64,000 nucleotides of DNA from Octopus vulgaris (GCA_951406725.2 OX597833.1:35464001-35528000), one strand, 5' to 3'. Shown: positions 1 through 16,312, counted from the stretch's first letter. Made by a program: numbers and translations. The notes: generated by a model not told the origin, from the letters alone.

Positions 1-89
1 CTTCCTTGTTCTCATGCTTAAACACAAATGATGCCACATAAACCGAATATTTTTCAACCCAATGTTGTCCTACTGCTAGTTCCATCTCT

Positions 90-470
90 AAGCAGGTCAC
101 AGGCACTTCAAAAAAACCTTGATCTTTTTCTTAAAACCCGGCCTTTAGCAAATCATATCTGCACCTATCGGGTAGTGCAATTTCCTCCTTATCTCGACTA
201 TTATACCACACATCCTTATACAGCGCAACAGCTCCACCCCCAACAGCTCCCAGACTCTAAGGTACAAAAAGTCAGTTGGCTAGTCGGGGCTATGTCAGTT
301 CTATGTTAACTAACTACACCAATGCATATGCTTCACCTCTTACTTATAGGAGACAACTAAACGTGTGAATGAAACCATCTTCTTGGGTATGGCCCAAGCC
401 AAACGAAATGCCATAATTCCAGATAGCCCGAATGTTCCACCGATTGCTACTCTGCTGCAGTTCAGCCAGT
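90..470 (+). mobile_element. Possible highly decayed LINE (CR1/L2/Jockey-type) reverse transcriptase remnant
   Basis: Translation QALQKNLDLFLK resembles the 'LQ.DLD.L..W' RT motif. Downstream similarity is faint and frameshifted. Confidence 0.25.
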
Positions 471-814
471 AAAGAATGATTTACAACCATCTTTACACTC
501 ATCTTTACAAACTGAATGGTTTTTACTCTAAACTGCAAATCTTGTAAGAAAGTTAACCGAGATGCTACGATGCGTCCGTTTAACGCACTGCACGCATCAT
601 TTGTTTAACGAGATGCAGCTGGTATTTAGGACCCTTGTGAACTTTGCGGAATCCTCATTCCTTCTACTTCTCTACTCTGAAAGGCGTACTTTCACTTTCA
701 AAACTGTAATTATCAACAGATTGGCTTTCGTACAGTTTCATCTCCCCTATGTAAGTCAACAATAGGTCCGTGTTGTGGCACATGACAGCAGAAAATATAA
801 ATATAAACCTATAC

Positions 815-818
<4 letters not shown>

Positions 819-889
<71 letters not shown>
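819..889. repeat. (CA)n microsatellite
   Basis: Direct reading. Confidence 0.95.
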
Positions 890-893
<4 letters not shown>

Positions 894-934
894 ACACAAA
901 ACAAGTATGTGTTACATGTTTATAAATATATACA

Positions 935-1361
935 CAGGGTGGGTGAAAAGTAAGCGGGCATTAACGATTGGTAATAAAATCCATTTTTCTTTTATAAATT
1001 TATTGAAACAAATGGGAAAATGGGCCACTTTTTCTTGCATCGTTCACGGAGCCCGTGGTCATCAGCTTTGCATAACAACTTTTTATTGTCTCCGGACGTA
1101 GTGTTGCATGCTTACCTTTCCCTGCACGCCACCATCTCTGAACCAAAACAATCGAATTTCACAGTTCATAGCGTACTGCTATCGTAGCTCGCTTCTGAGC
1201 AGTCAAGCGATCGGTCATCTGGAAAATAAGAAATGAGACAGTAAGAAACTAAAAGATCCCCTTCGTGTTGTCTATTTAAAAAAAAGGTTTTCGTCATGAC
1301 TTCAGTGATATTAAAAATTGTATAAGCAATTTCTAATGCCTAGTTACTTTCACCCACCCTG
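935..1361. mobile_element. Non-autonomous Tc1/mariner-type element (MITE), ~427 bp
   Basis: TIRs: left CAGGGTGGGTGAAAAGTAAGCGGGCATTA; right TAATGCCTAGTTACTTTCACCCACCCTG followed by TA. No transposase ORF. Confidence 0.8.
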
Positions 1362-1376
1362 TATACGTATGTATGC

Positions 1377-1377
<1 letters not shown>

Positions 1378-1453
<76 letters not shown>

Positions 1454-1590
1454 AGTCTGTCTGTCTGTCTGTCTGTCTGTCTGCCTGTATGTCTGTCTTT
1501 CTGTCTGTCTACCCATCTATCTATACGTGGGTGTGTGCTCCAGCATCATGGCCGCAGTCAAATGACTGAAACAAGTAAAATAATAAAATA

Positions 1591-1623
<33 letters not shown>

Positions 1624-1665
1624 TGTATGTATGTATGTATGTATGTATGTATGTATGCATGTATG

Positions 1666-1741
<76 letters not shown>

Positions 1742-1760
1742 TGTGTGTGTGTGTGTGTAT
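1378..1760. repeat. Compound (TATC)n/(TGTC)n/(TATG)n/(TG)n microsatellites with a SINE family B 3' tail at ~1535-1590
   Basis: Direct reading. GTGCTCCAGCAT..GGCCGCAGTCAAATGACTGAAACAAGTAAAA matches the 3' end of the family B copies at 38460 and 47326. Confidence 0.85.
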
Positions 1761-1763
1761 ACA

Positions 1764-3047
<1,284 letters not shown>

Positions 3048-3224
3048 GCGCGCACACGCACACAGATACACACACACATATCGACAAACCACATGTGAGA
3101 GCAAAAGAAGTAGAACTGAACTTCGTTGGGAATGGAGGACCATATCTATTAAATGATACGGGTACATTCAAGGCTTTATGGTTCTTGCACCGTTGGTGAC
3201 GTCCTATACCCAAATATACCTGTG

Positions 3225-3270
<46 letters not shown>

Positions 3271-3572
3271 TATATATTATATATTATACATCGTTTACTT
3301 TTTAATTGAGACGCATCCAATCCCAAGTATATATATATGCATACACACACACGCATATATATATATGTATATATTTAATATGTATATATATATATACACA
3401 TATATATATATATATATACATATACACACATACACGCGCAAACATATAAGCAATTATTATTCTTATTATTGCTTCGTATTTACGCGCGCTTGTATGTTTG
3501 TCTGCGTGTGCTTACATGCATATTTATAACTATACATATATATTCATAGATACATACATGTATGTATGTGTA

Positions 3573-3629
<57 letters not shown>

Positions 3630-3638
3630 GCATGTATG

Positions 3639-3723
<85 letters not shown>

Positions 3724-3780
3724 TGTGTGTGTGTGTGTATGTTTATACATACATACATACATACATACGTACATATGTAT

Positions 3781-4160
3781 GTGGCGTGCTGGCTGAAACG
3801 TTAGCACACCGGGCGAAATGCTTAGCGGTATTTCGTTCAAATTCCGCCGAGGTCGACTTTGCCTTTCATCCTTTCGGGGTCGATAAATTAAGTACCAGTT
3901 ACGCACTGGAGTCGATGTAATCGACTTAATACCTATGTTTGTCCTTGTTTGTCTCCTCTGTGTTTAGCCCCTTGTGGGTAATAAAGAAATAGGTATTTCG
4001 TCGGTGTTTACGTTCCGAGTTCAAATTCCCGCCGTGGTCGACTTTGCTTTTCATCTTTTCGGGGTCGATACATTAAATACCAATTACGTACTGGGGTCAA
4101 ACTAATCGACTGGCCCCCTCCCAAAAAACTTCGGGACTTGTGCTGAGAATTAGAAAAGAA
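3781..4160 (+). mobile_element. tRNA-derived SINE, family A, dimeric copy
   Basis: Head GGCGTGCTGGCTGAAACGTTAGCAC and B-box-like GTTCAAATTCC. The body GTCGACTTTGCCTTTCATCCTTTCGGGGTCGATAAA is present twice and recurs many times in the window. Confidence 0.9.
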
Positions 4161-4803
4161 AAAATATATATGTTTCATTCGAAAAAATGTTTGTTTATGT
4201 CTGTGCAATATATGTATTTTCATTTGAATATCTACATATCTAGTTTTTCTATAAGAGATCAGCGACTGTATATAAATATATATTTGAATTATTATATTAC
4301 ATTACATGCCTATCTGTATGTATCTACGTAGGTACGATAATTTCTAGTTTTAATTGTTTGAGGTCTTCCTATTAGGAAGGCGCTGCTTTCTAGCAAGCAT
4401 ACAAAGTTCCATCGATGGAATGTAGATAAGAAAATATTCACATTATTAACGTGGAAAAAAAAACCTGTCTGTTTTTATTATGTGTACATATATGTATGAG
4501 ATTGAAACGAACATTCAACGCCGCTGTTTCTCTGTTTTCCACTCAATCAACGAAACTCTAATTTGGGAACAGTTGCTGGTACACTGAGGCTTTAAAATGC
4601 TTCAATTTTTCTGAAAGTTCTCAACATGTAAAGAGTTACACATGCATAAACAGACAACTCAATAAGTATAAGATGCAGAATAACTGTTAGCAGATATCAC
4701 AGAATCGAGATTTTACTCTTCTAACATGTATAAATATCTGTGTTTGTGCGTGAATGTATAGTAACATTTCTGTATATAATTGTTCTCTCTTTCTTTCTCT
4801 CTT

Positions 4804-4901
<98 letters not shown>

Positions 4902-5071
4902 AAAAGCAATAAAGATTCAAGTCAATTTAAATGAATTTACTTGAATATGGTACCTAACTTAAATGCACCAAAAAACTATACGGTTTTAACAATACAGTAA
5001 TGTGGGGTGATTATAAGCGAGAAAGAAGCAACAAGAATGGATAGGTTTTTAGTACAAAATTCTTTCTCGCG

Positions 5072-5103
<32 letters not shown>

Positions 5104-5109
5104 GGTATG

Positions 5110-5300
5110 TATATACAAGAACGTATATAGAAGACGATACAATAAACACGGACAGGACATACTTCAGTCAAACATCATCGTAGTAATTTCTGTTCACTGA
5201 GTTTGAAAACTAAGCTGAAGCGTGGGAACACCAGGACAGCAAAAGGACAGATATAAACAATAATGGAATACAGAAACATGAAATACAGAAGCATTAACGT
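5110..5300 (-). mobile_element. Degenerate Penelope-like terminal fragment (related to 50640-50950)
   Basis: GATACAATAAACACGGACAGGACAT..CTTCAGTCAA is similar to the reverse complement of 50810-50870. Confidence 0.4.
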
Positions 5301-5339
5301 GAAAACAACAAGTGTCTAATTAAGCCTGTTACTGAATAT

Positions 5340-5441
<102 letters not shown>

Positions 5442-5662
5442 TGTATGTATGAATGTATGTATGTATGTATGTATGTATGTATGTATATATATATATATAT
5501 ATGCATCATATGCATATCGGACACAGAATGTGGGGTCGTTAGCCAGCTGGAAGAGATGTCTTCCCGGGGCAATAGCATGGTCCTGTATAGGACGCCACAC
5601 CTGGTTGCCAATTATATGTTACGATTTCATACCGCTACTGTTTATATCTCGCTCAGAGATTT

Positions 5663-5723
<61 letters not shown>

Positions 5724-6056
5724 GTATGTGTGTGTGTGTATAAGTGTGCGTGTGTATAAGTGTGCGTGTGTGTGTCTGTGTATTTCGAACATTTATAAAA
5801 AATACGGAGACAGGTACATCATCCAAGTATTTTTCCTTTTAATTTTAGACTTGGTCATACAGAATAAATATTTGGTTACAAAGACCGACACGTGTTTCTG
5901 CTGCACAGACTATGTGCAGTTGCACATGCAGTGTAGCATAATATTTTGTGCACCCTCATTCAGGGTCCTTCAGCAAGCGTGGTCCAAAGTGAACTGAATT
6001 AATTTATTTATATGTGGGTAGTTTAAGATACCAAGTGTATATTACATGTGCGTGTG

Positions 6057-6095
<39 letters not shown>

Positions 6096-6117
6096 CCCCC
6101 CACACACACATATATAT

Positions 6118-6510
6118 ATGGCTGTGTGGTAATAAGCGTTCTTTCCTACAACATGGTTCAGGGTTCAATTCTACTGCGTGACACATTGCACGAGTGACTT
6201 CTACAATAGCCTCAGGCCAACCAAAGCCTTGTGAGTGGATTTGGTAGACGGAAATTGAAAGAAGCCCGTCGTATATGTATATATGTATACGTTTGTGTGT
6301 TTTTTGTTCCACCATCACCGATGTTAGTGTGTTTACATCCCCGTAACATAACAGTTCGGGAAAATAAGTACTAGGCTTACAAAGAATAACACCTAGGGTC
6401 GATTTGTAGACGAAATTGAAAGAAGCCCGGTGCTATATGTATACGTTTGTGTGTTTTTTGTTCCACCATCACCGAATGTTTACATCGGCAACATAAAGAA
6501 AATAAGTACT
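6118..6510 (+). mobile_element. tRNA-derived SINE, family B, with internal partial duplication
   Basis: GGCTGTGTGGTAA head, GGGTTCAATTC B box, CCAAAGCCTTGTGAGTGGATTTGGTAGACGGAAA body. The segment GAAATTGAAAGAAGCCCG...CCACCATCACCGA occurs at ~6251 and ~6411. Confidence 0.88.
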
Positions 6511-6512
6511 GA

Positions 6513-6666
<154 letters not shown>

Positions 6667-6688
6667 CAATGAGGGTCTTTGTACTGAC

Positions 6689-6733
<45 letters not shown>

Positions 6734-7118
6734 TATATATATATACATATAGAAAAAAAGGAAATGAAGAAAATGCTGACAAAATAATTTAAGTAAGGGA
6801 GTGTATTTAATTAGGTGAAGTTCTTTTTACCGGTTGCGCATTTGTTATGCTTATCAAAAGATATTTTTTTAAGAGAGATAGAGTTCCTTTCTGATAGATT
6901 TAAGGGGAATATTCCTTGTGTTGTATGTCTTGTACTCTGTTTTTTCGTTGTTTGATAAAAAAGTTCGTTTCCATGTTTTTGTTTTTATGTTTTCGTTTCT
7001 CATTGTGTTTAACGTTACCCATATATGCATGTATATATACATATAGATGTAGGTATGTACATATATGTATGTATATATGTATATATATGTATATATATAT
7101 ATGCATATTTATATATAT

Positions 7119-7172
<54 letters not shown>

Positions 7173-7199
7173 GTATATAAATATATGTATGTATGTATG

Positions 7200-7280
<81 letters not shown>

Positions 7281-7302
7281 GTATGTATATATATATGTAT
7301 AA

Positions 7303-7338
<36 letters not shown>

Positions 7339-8009
7339 GTATGTATATGTATATACATGTACGAACGCATGCTGGTTTTTCTGTGTCTTATTAATTTAAT
7401 TTTCACAGACCATTAATAAGTTTACAAATCAAATATATCAGAAACACTTCCAGATTCATATCCATTGTTATCAAAGCAAATCGATATGTACAAAATTTAT
7501 CTGAAGCAAAGTCTGCCTGAATTTGGTTTCTTAGAGAGGAGATACAGAAAAAGCTTATTCCATATGCAACAAATGACCGTATTATCTGTAAAAGGGAAAA
7601 TCTGCAAGACCTTCTTAAGATTTAAAACGATGCCTTCCATCACAACCTTGTTACAAATGGTCCATAGATATTATCTTTCGAATTAAAAAGAAATTTTAAA
7701 CCATAGTATTTAGGGGTATTCAAGGGTATTCAGTGGGGAAGCTGATTTCCACGAGAGAGCATGATTTTCTTGAGTCTCCAGAACGAAAGCTTGCGTCACA
7801 TGTGTTTTAATTTCCTGATTGTTATAAAGTAGAGAATGAGTATGTCTAGGAACTCGTAGGATTACTAAAGAAAAAAAAGTCGCTGAACCCAGTGTGCTAG
7901 TCGAAATTGAATATTAAAAGACGTATTTTAATATAAGTTCATTTTTGTTCAAATACATGTACATACATACATACGTACGTACATACATACATACATACAT
8001 ACATACAAA

Positions 8010-8112
8010 CAAAAATACCCTCTTGTTGATGTTGAAATTCCTCTGAAGGAGCCTTGAATCTAGGCTAGAAACCGGGTCTTTCTCTATTGGCAAGAAATCT
8101 TGAAATAAAATT
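8010..8112 (+). mobile_element. Short Penelope-like remnant with a hammerhead-like motif
   Basis: CTGAAGG-AGCCT-TGAATCT-AGGCT-A-GAAAC-CGG-GTC at 8043-8078. Confidence 0.4.
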
Positions 8113-8120
8113 GTACAATG

Positions 8121-8154
<34 letters not shown>

Positions 8155-8216
8155 GCAGATATGCATATATGTTTATATGTATATATGTATATACATATAT
8201 ATATAAATATACACAA

Positions 8217-8256
<40 letters not shown>

Positions 8257-8274
8257 AGATAGGGGTTGAAAATT

Positions 8275-8350
<76 letters not shown>

Positions 8351-8369
8351 AAAGGGGTCCATAAAGGAT

Positions 8370-9720
8370 TACGAGGTATATCAAAACGAAGTACGCAATA
8401 GTTATTGGCTAGACCTTACTTTCTCAAAATCCCTTAATTCCTGCATCAGTCTTAAGAATTGTACAGTGTGTCATGAAATTTAACCTGTTAAGAAATTCAA
8501 CAGTTACTGCTCTCTACCATTATAACTCACGCCACGAAGTACCAGAAGCAATGCTTGAGCAATTCTATCAGCAATTAAATACTGCAATTAACGTAATACC
8601 AGCATACAGCCTTCTAATAACTTGAGATTCTATTGCTTAGCAAGGATATGTATTCACTATTCAATTCGAGCAAATGCACTCCTAGAAATAGGAAGTACAT
8701 GAAGGACTTCATGGAAGTACACAAGCTTCTTGAGAACAATGCAAAGTTCCATAACTGTGCAAGTAAACTCTGGATATAACGTCATCCGTCTGGTAGTTTT
8801 TCTCAACTGGACTACATCACAGATAGAAAGGAGAGGATTAATACTTTCAAGAATTCATGTATTTACAACTTTTCTGAGGATATTAATTCTGACCACAGAA
8901 TTGTTTCATGCAAATGCCAGATAAGTTACTACAAGAACAAAACACTAACTAGAGGGTTTGCAAAAAATATCATTTTGGGAAAAGTAGGTGGAGTCACCAG
9001 TCGCAGTACACATATGAATTTCTTTTAATATCACTGAGAAAGATAAGCTGGTGAGCTGACACAATCGTTTGCACGCCGGGTAAAATGCTTAGCAGTACAC
9101 AGCAAGATCTTTACTTTCTGTGACTGTTGTGGGAACAAGAAGTGCATTATACTCTTGTGGGATCAAGAAGTGCATTATACTCTTACCACTGACAATAAAG
9201 ATGTGGCATTAAAATCATTCCTAAAGAAGAGAAAAAAGTTGACACTAAAAGTGCCCATTAAGTTCGATACTAAAGAATTCGACTAGTTTTACAATGAGAA
9301 TGATGATGTACCTGCTTGGGCAACTCCTAGGAAATCTACCTACAAGAGAGCTTCTCCAGTGATCTGCATGGTAGAAAAAAGTCCCACAGATCAGCAACTG
9401 GAGGTTTAGTTTTAGCCCTTTAGATAGCTGCTTCCAAACTTGAAGACAATTATTTCATCAGCTTCAAAATAGCAGAAAGTCTGTCATCCCAGGTTCCCCT
9501 AGTGACTTTAGAAGAACTTCAGAAATGTATAAAAGGGTTAGAAAGCCACCAGTCACTACATCCTGATAATATCACAGCCATTATCTGGAAAATTCCACTC
9601 TTCTAAAAAGCATCTGGTGAAATCCGGCAACGCCAGTCCAAAAGAAAATAAACCTTCGTTTATTCCACTTCAAAAGAAATGTAACAATCACCAACCACAG
9701 AACTACTCTCACCTCCAGCC
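8370..9720 (+). mobile_element. Decayed RTE-clade LINE (AP endonuclease to start of RT), with a SINE A fragment inserted at ~9044-9120
   Basis: Frameshifted translations: EQFYQQLNTAINVIPAYSLLIT*DSIA (GDFNA motif region); SQLDYITDRKERINTFKNSCIYNFSEDINSDHRIVS (LDY...SDH); LEELQKCIKGLESHQSLHPDNITAIIWK (K..GPD.I); FIPLQKKCNNHQPQNY (IP.PKKG...NYR). Confidence 0.85.
9127..9182 (+). repeat. 28-bp tandem duplication
   Basis: TTGTGGGA(A/T)CAAGAAGTGCATTATACTC twice. Confidence 0.9.
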
Positions 9721-10000
9721 TCAAAAAATTTCTAACTCCGGGATTCCGGGAGCCTTAATATAATTTTCCTTCCTAATAATTCAGTACCTTGGATTGAACC
9801 TAAATGACATCGCCAGAGGCAAATATTTCAGCAGTACCACAGAGGTTTACTATTAGAAAAATTAGAGAAGAGCCCAGAGACAATCAAGGCACCGACTGAA
9901 TTTGGAATTTTTGGAAGGGATTCGATTGTGTCAAGAAAAAGGCATCAACATTACAGCAGGTGTCCAACCCTGACTCTTGTAGACAAAAAGACACGCACAC

Positions 10001-11290
<1,290 letters not shown>

Positions 11291-12034
11291 ACATCGTGAG
11301 CATGACCATATAAAACAATTCATTATTTACTATGTGGAAGAACACAAATCAGTCACGGATACGCTTCGAAACGCCTATCTTTCATATTCCGTACAAATAA
11401 AACCCGCCTCTATTGGCGTTTCAACGAAACCAACCAACAGCAGTAACGGCGAAGACCAATCACAACATTTCATTGGCACCACTGAATACAAGGCTGTTGT
11501 AAGCAGCAGCTTTGAGATTTGCTCAAGGAAGAAAATTAGCAGGAGCAGCCAAACGTTGATGAAAGGTGGTTCCTAGTTTTTGCATCGGTGACACCCATAT
11601 GAGGCAGCTTTATAACCAACCAGGCGATAACTTCATACCAGCACTATACAACCAGTGTCAAATAGACGACTGTGAAAATATGGAACTGATCCATTAGTGC
11701 CTCCCTCGACTTGGTAGATGTTTAATACGCAAACATACATACACTCTCTCGTACATTTATTATATATTTGTACGACCAGAATCAAATAGAAATATGGAAT
11801 GCAAATAATACGAGTAACTTCGTAGCAGTTAGTCCCTCCTTCCTGTCTGGCCCTCTCTCTCTCTCTCGCCGTCTGTGAGTGTATGTGTGTATACGTATGT
11901 TTATGTGTGTACGTGTGTATATGTACGTTTGTGTATGTGTGTATCTGCATGTATGTTTGTGCGTTTTGTATGTGTGTGTATATGCATGTGTGTATGTTTG
12001 TGTTTTGTGTATGTATATGTAAAATATCTTTTAT

Positions 12035-12280
12035 CTTTCATCTCTTACTGCTTTCACTCCATGGACTGTGTGACCATGCTGGGGCAACGCCCTGAAGGGT
12101 TTGGGTCGAACAAATCGGTCCCAGTGTCTACTTCAAAGTCTGTTACTTATACTATCTTATCCTTTATGCCGAACCGCTAAGTTATGGCTCGGCAAACAAA
12201 CCAATACTAATTGCACCTTTTGTCAAGCAGTTGAAGGGACAAACACATACATACACAAACACACACACAAATATATATAC

Positions 12281-12337
<57 letters not shown>

Positions 12338-12350
12338 ATATATATAAATG

Positions 12351-12432
<82 letters not shown>

Positions 12433-12730
12433 TATACATAATATATATATATGAGTGTGTCTATATATAAATATATACATATCTTTATGTACATATATAT
12501 ATATATATATGTCCGTCTCTCTCTCTCTCTTTTCTCTCTCTCACTCTTTCTCTCTCTCTTACTCTTTCTCTCTCTCTCTCTCCCTCTCTCTCTGTATGTG
12601 TACGATGGGCTTTCATCAGTTTCCGACTACCAAATACATTCCCATGTCTTTGGTTGGCCCAGGACTCTACTGTAAGACATTTCTCCAACTTGTCTACTAG
12701 TGGGACTGAACCGAAGATCACATGGTTTGG
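12035..12730 (-). mobile_element. SINE family B, split by a ~350-bp expanded internal microsatellite
   Basis: 3' half at 12035-12245 (GCCGAACCGCTAAGTTA). 5' half at 12595-12730 (ACCAAATACATTCCCATGTCTTTGGTTGGCCC...GTGGGACTGAACC). Confidence 0.8.
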
Positions 12731-13149
12731 ATCCATACGTGCGTACGTACATACATACACACATACATACATATAAATATAAATGCATACATTTATATGT
12801 ATATGTGTGTGCGTGTGTGTGCGTGTGTGTGTGTGTGTGTATGTATTGGGATTCCTTATTGCTTGATAAGGGTTTCAACAGCAAAGGCACCGATGCCAAC
12901 CATAACGGTTACATAATTCATTACACATTAGTTACATGAAAAGATATCGCTCGCACCAGCCTGATATTATCACCGCCCAACCAATGCCTACATGCGCCAT
13001 GTGGGAGTGTTTTTTTTCATTTTTCTTTGTTAGTTTGTTTTTCTGTACCTTACATATACATACATAAATACATGCTTTGCCCCAGCATGACCACTGCCTT
13101 ACGATTGAAATACATAAGAAAAATAACAGAATATATATATATATATAAA

Positions 13150-13180
<31 letters not shown>

Positions 13181-13269
13181 ATATATATATATATATGTAT
13201 GTATATATGTATATATATATAGGTATACACACACATATATACATACATATATATATATATATCTGTGTA

Positions 13270-13334
<65 letters not shown>

Positions 13335-13339
13335 GTATA

Positions 13340-13396
<57 letters not shown>

Positions 13397-14091
13397 ATAT
13401 ATACACCGAATAAAGAAAATATTTGTAATTACCATTATCTATACCTTGCTTTATATATAAATATGTGTGTGTGTGTGTGTGTGTGTGGTGTTGTGTGTGT
13501 ATATATACATACATATATGTATGAATATACATATATATATATACGCGTATGTGTATGTATACATATATATATATTTATACATTCATAAATACACACACAC
13601 GCACACTCTCTCTGGCTGTCTTTCACACACACACACACACACACTCATTCTCTCTCACTCTTACTCTTTCTCTCTCTCTCACTCTCTGGCTCACATATAC
13701 GCGCGCGACAGCGCAGACACATGCGCATAATTTCTCTTTAAGCATTATTCCTTTTACTTGAGATCTATCAATGAGAGGCTGCGTTGCGCGTGAGTGTTTG
13801 ATACACTTGTGTACGTATGTGTGTCCATGTTTGTGTATATGAAAGATAGAGAGAGAGAGGGAGAGAGAGAGAGAGAGAAAGGGGGAGAAACAGCGACTGA
13901 AGCAAGAGACTGTGGAGGCGGGGGGCGAAGAAAATCTGTATTGGCAGCATTAGTGTGTGTGTGTGTGTGTTACATAGATATCGATACGACTCCAACTGGT
14001 GTATCAGCTTTTATCTCTGTTCTGAGCAACGCGATTGGGCGGGGTTTACTCTGCCGTAGAACGCTAACTCATCGCACGTTCATACGTGACT

Positions 14092-14162
14092 GGCACTTTT
14101 ATCTTTGTCGGCCCCCGAATGGATGAAAAGTAAGATTGTCTACGGTTGGATTTGAACTTAGG
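14092..14162 (-). mobile_element. SINE family A fragment
   Basis: GGCCCCCGAATGGATGAAAAGTAAG...GGATTTGAACT is the reverse complement of the family A core. Confidence 0.6.
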
Positions 14163-14290
14163 AGATAAAGATCCTGGACTATACTACATAAAAAAGGTAT
14201 ACATACATACATACATACATACATATACACACACGTGCATATATATATATACATATATATATATGTATATATATATATGTATACACACAC

Positions 14291-14384
<94 letters not shown>

Positions 14385-14535
14385 GTATATATATATCACG
14401 TCCAATGGCCGATGTGACAGCAATTTTCACTGATGTGACGTCAATATCTTGAAGGAATGCGTGTGTATGTGTGTGTGAATCTAGAAAAAAGATAATGTGT
14501 GCCTGTGTGATGCATACATACATACATTCAAACAT

Positions 14536-14605
<70 letters not shown>

Positions 14606-14629
14606 TTACATATATCATATAACACATAC

Positions 14630-14679
<50 letters not shown>

Positions 14680-14859
14680 AATGATTTGTAGGAATTTCAT
14701 TAATTTTCGCATGTATATACAGAATTTGTATAATGTTGTCAGATGTAAAATAATCTACTGTTTGTCGAAATTATCCTGACTTAATCTATAATCCCCTCAT
14801 CTTCATTTATTTGTTTACTTTGCATACATACATGCATATATGCATATATATATATGTGT

Positions 14860-14912
<53 letters not shown>

Positions 14913-15075
14913 AATAAATAAATAAATACATATATGTACATATGTCTGAGTGTATGTATATGTTATTTATAAATATATGCATGGCATGTATATATATTTT
15001 TATATATTTATGTCTACACACAAATAAATACAGACATACATATTTCGTGCATACATACACACATGCATGCAGACA

Positions 15076-15106
<31 letters not shown>

Positions 15107-15150
15107 TTGATATAATTCGAGTAAAAAACCTTGCAGCTTGCTTATAAGAG

Positions 15151-15186
<36 letters not shown>

Positions 15187-15208
15187 TTGCATCCATATAT
15201 GTAGAAAA

Positions 15209-15282
<74 letters not shown>

Positions 15283-15504
15283 GTATTTGTGTGAGAGAAG
15301 GGACGGCGAAAGTAAGATACATAATGATCTACTCTTATTTCGTGCATGTAATATGTTCATATGCACTCACAAAGAAATCTGCTCGGAAAATACTTGCTTA
15401 TTTATGCTTCTCAGTAAACGTGAAGATCTGAATATGCGAGAACGCATGTGTTTATTAATTTTAATGTGTGTAAATTCTGTGTGTAAGTGAGTTGGTGTAG
15501 TTAA

Positions 15505-15730
15505 TATTGGTTTCAAATTTTGGTACAAGGTCAGCAATTTCTGAGAAAAGAGGTAAGTCGATTTAATCGATCGCAGTGCTCAACTGGTACTTATGTTATC
15601 GACCCCGCGATGAGAGATAAAAGGCAAATTCGATTCGACCACGGTGGGATTTGAACTTAGAATAGAATGACGGACGAAATACCATTAAGCACTTATGCCC
15701 GGCGTGCTAACGATTCTGCCAGCTCATCGC
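15505..15730 (-). mobile_element. SINE family A, near full length
   Basis: Ends ...GCCCGGCGTGCTAACGATTCTGCCAGCTCATC (reverse complement of the head); CAACTGGTACTTATGTTATCGACCCC body. Confidence 0.88.
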
Positions 15731-15835
15731 AGAATCAATTATCGTTTGAGAAGTGTATTACTGGTATAACAATAGAAGATTATCTAGTGATCTGTGACAT
15801 ATATATATATATATATATGCGTGTATGAGTGAGTA

Positions 15836-15894
<59 letters not shown>

Positions 15895-16243
15895 ATATGT
15901 ATGTATGTATATCTGTATATATGTATGTATGCAACGGAAGTCAGCAATTTTGGTGACATAATGATTTTTCTTGAAATATATGTGTTCCTCTGTTCTATAA
16001 AAAAAAATTGAGACTTTCAAAATATATATTAATGTGTGCGCACGTTTTTCTAGTAATATATTTTAGTTCAGAAACATATTTTATCACACACTCATTGGAT
16101 ATTGACTAAAATACACACACACGCATACTCACACACACACCTTCGTTTTTGAAATATCTCGAAGGACATACTAAAAGCTATAAATTATTGCATGTAAAAT
16201 TATTGGATTGAAAAAACCCTTTTGAATAGGAAATGTTGAAGTT

Positions 16244-16312
16244 GTACTCGTGGGACACGAACCCATCTCCTGTAGATATCACAGGCGTTCTACCGTTATA
16301 TCAAAGCAATCC
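16244..16312 (-). pseudogene. Degenerate tRNA-like sequence (tRNA pseudogene or SINE head)
   Basis: Minus strand: A-box-like TGATATAACGGTAGA, stem-loop CCTGT-GATATCT-ACAGG, T-arm TGGG-TTCGTGT-CCCA. The acceptor stem is poor and the anticodon loop is non-canonical. Confidence 0.45.

Noticed and set aside
5520-5620. GC-rich 100-bp island, possible exon
   Set aside because: Poor splice signals and several frames equally open, with no recognisable peptide.
7420-7900. Possible decayed hAT transposon end
   Set aside because: Only a faint terminal resemblance, with no matching TIR or 8-bp target duplication found.
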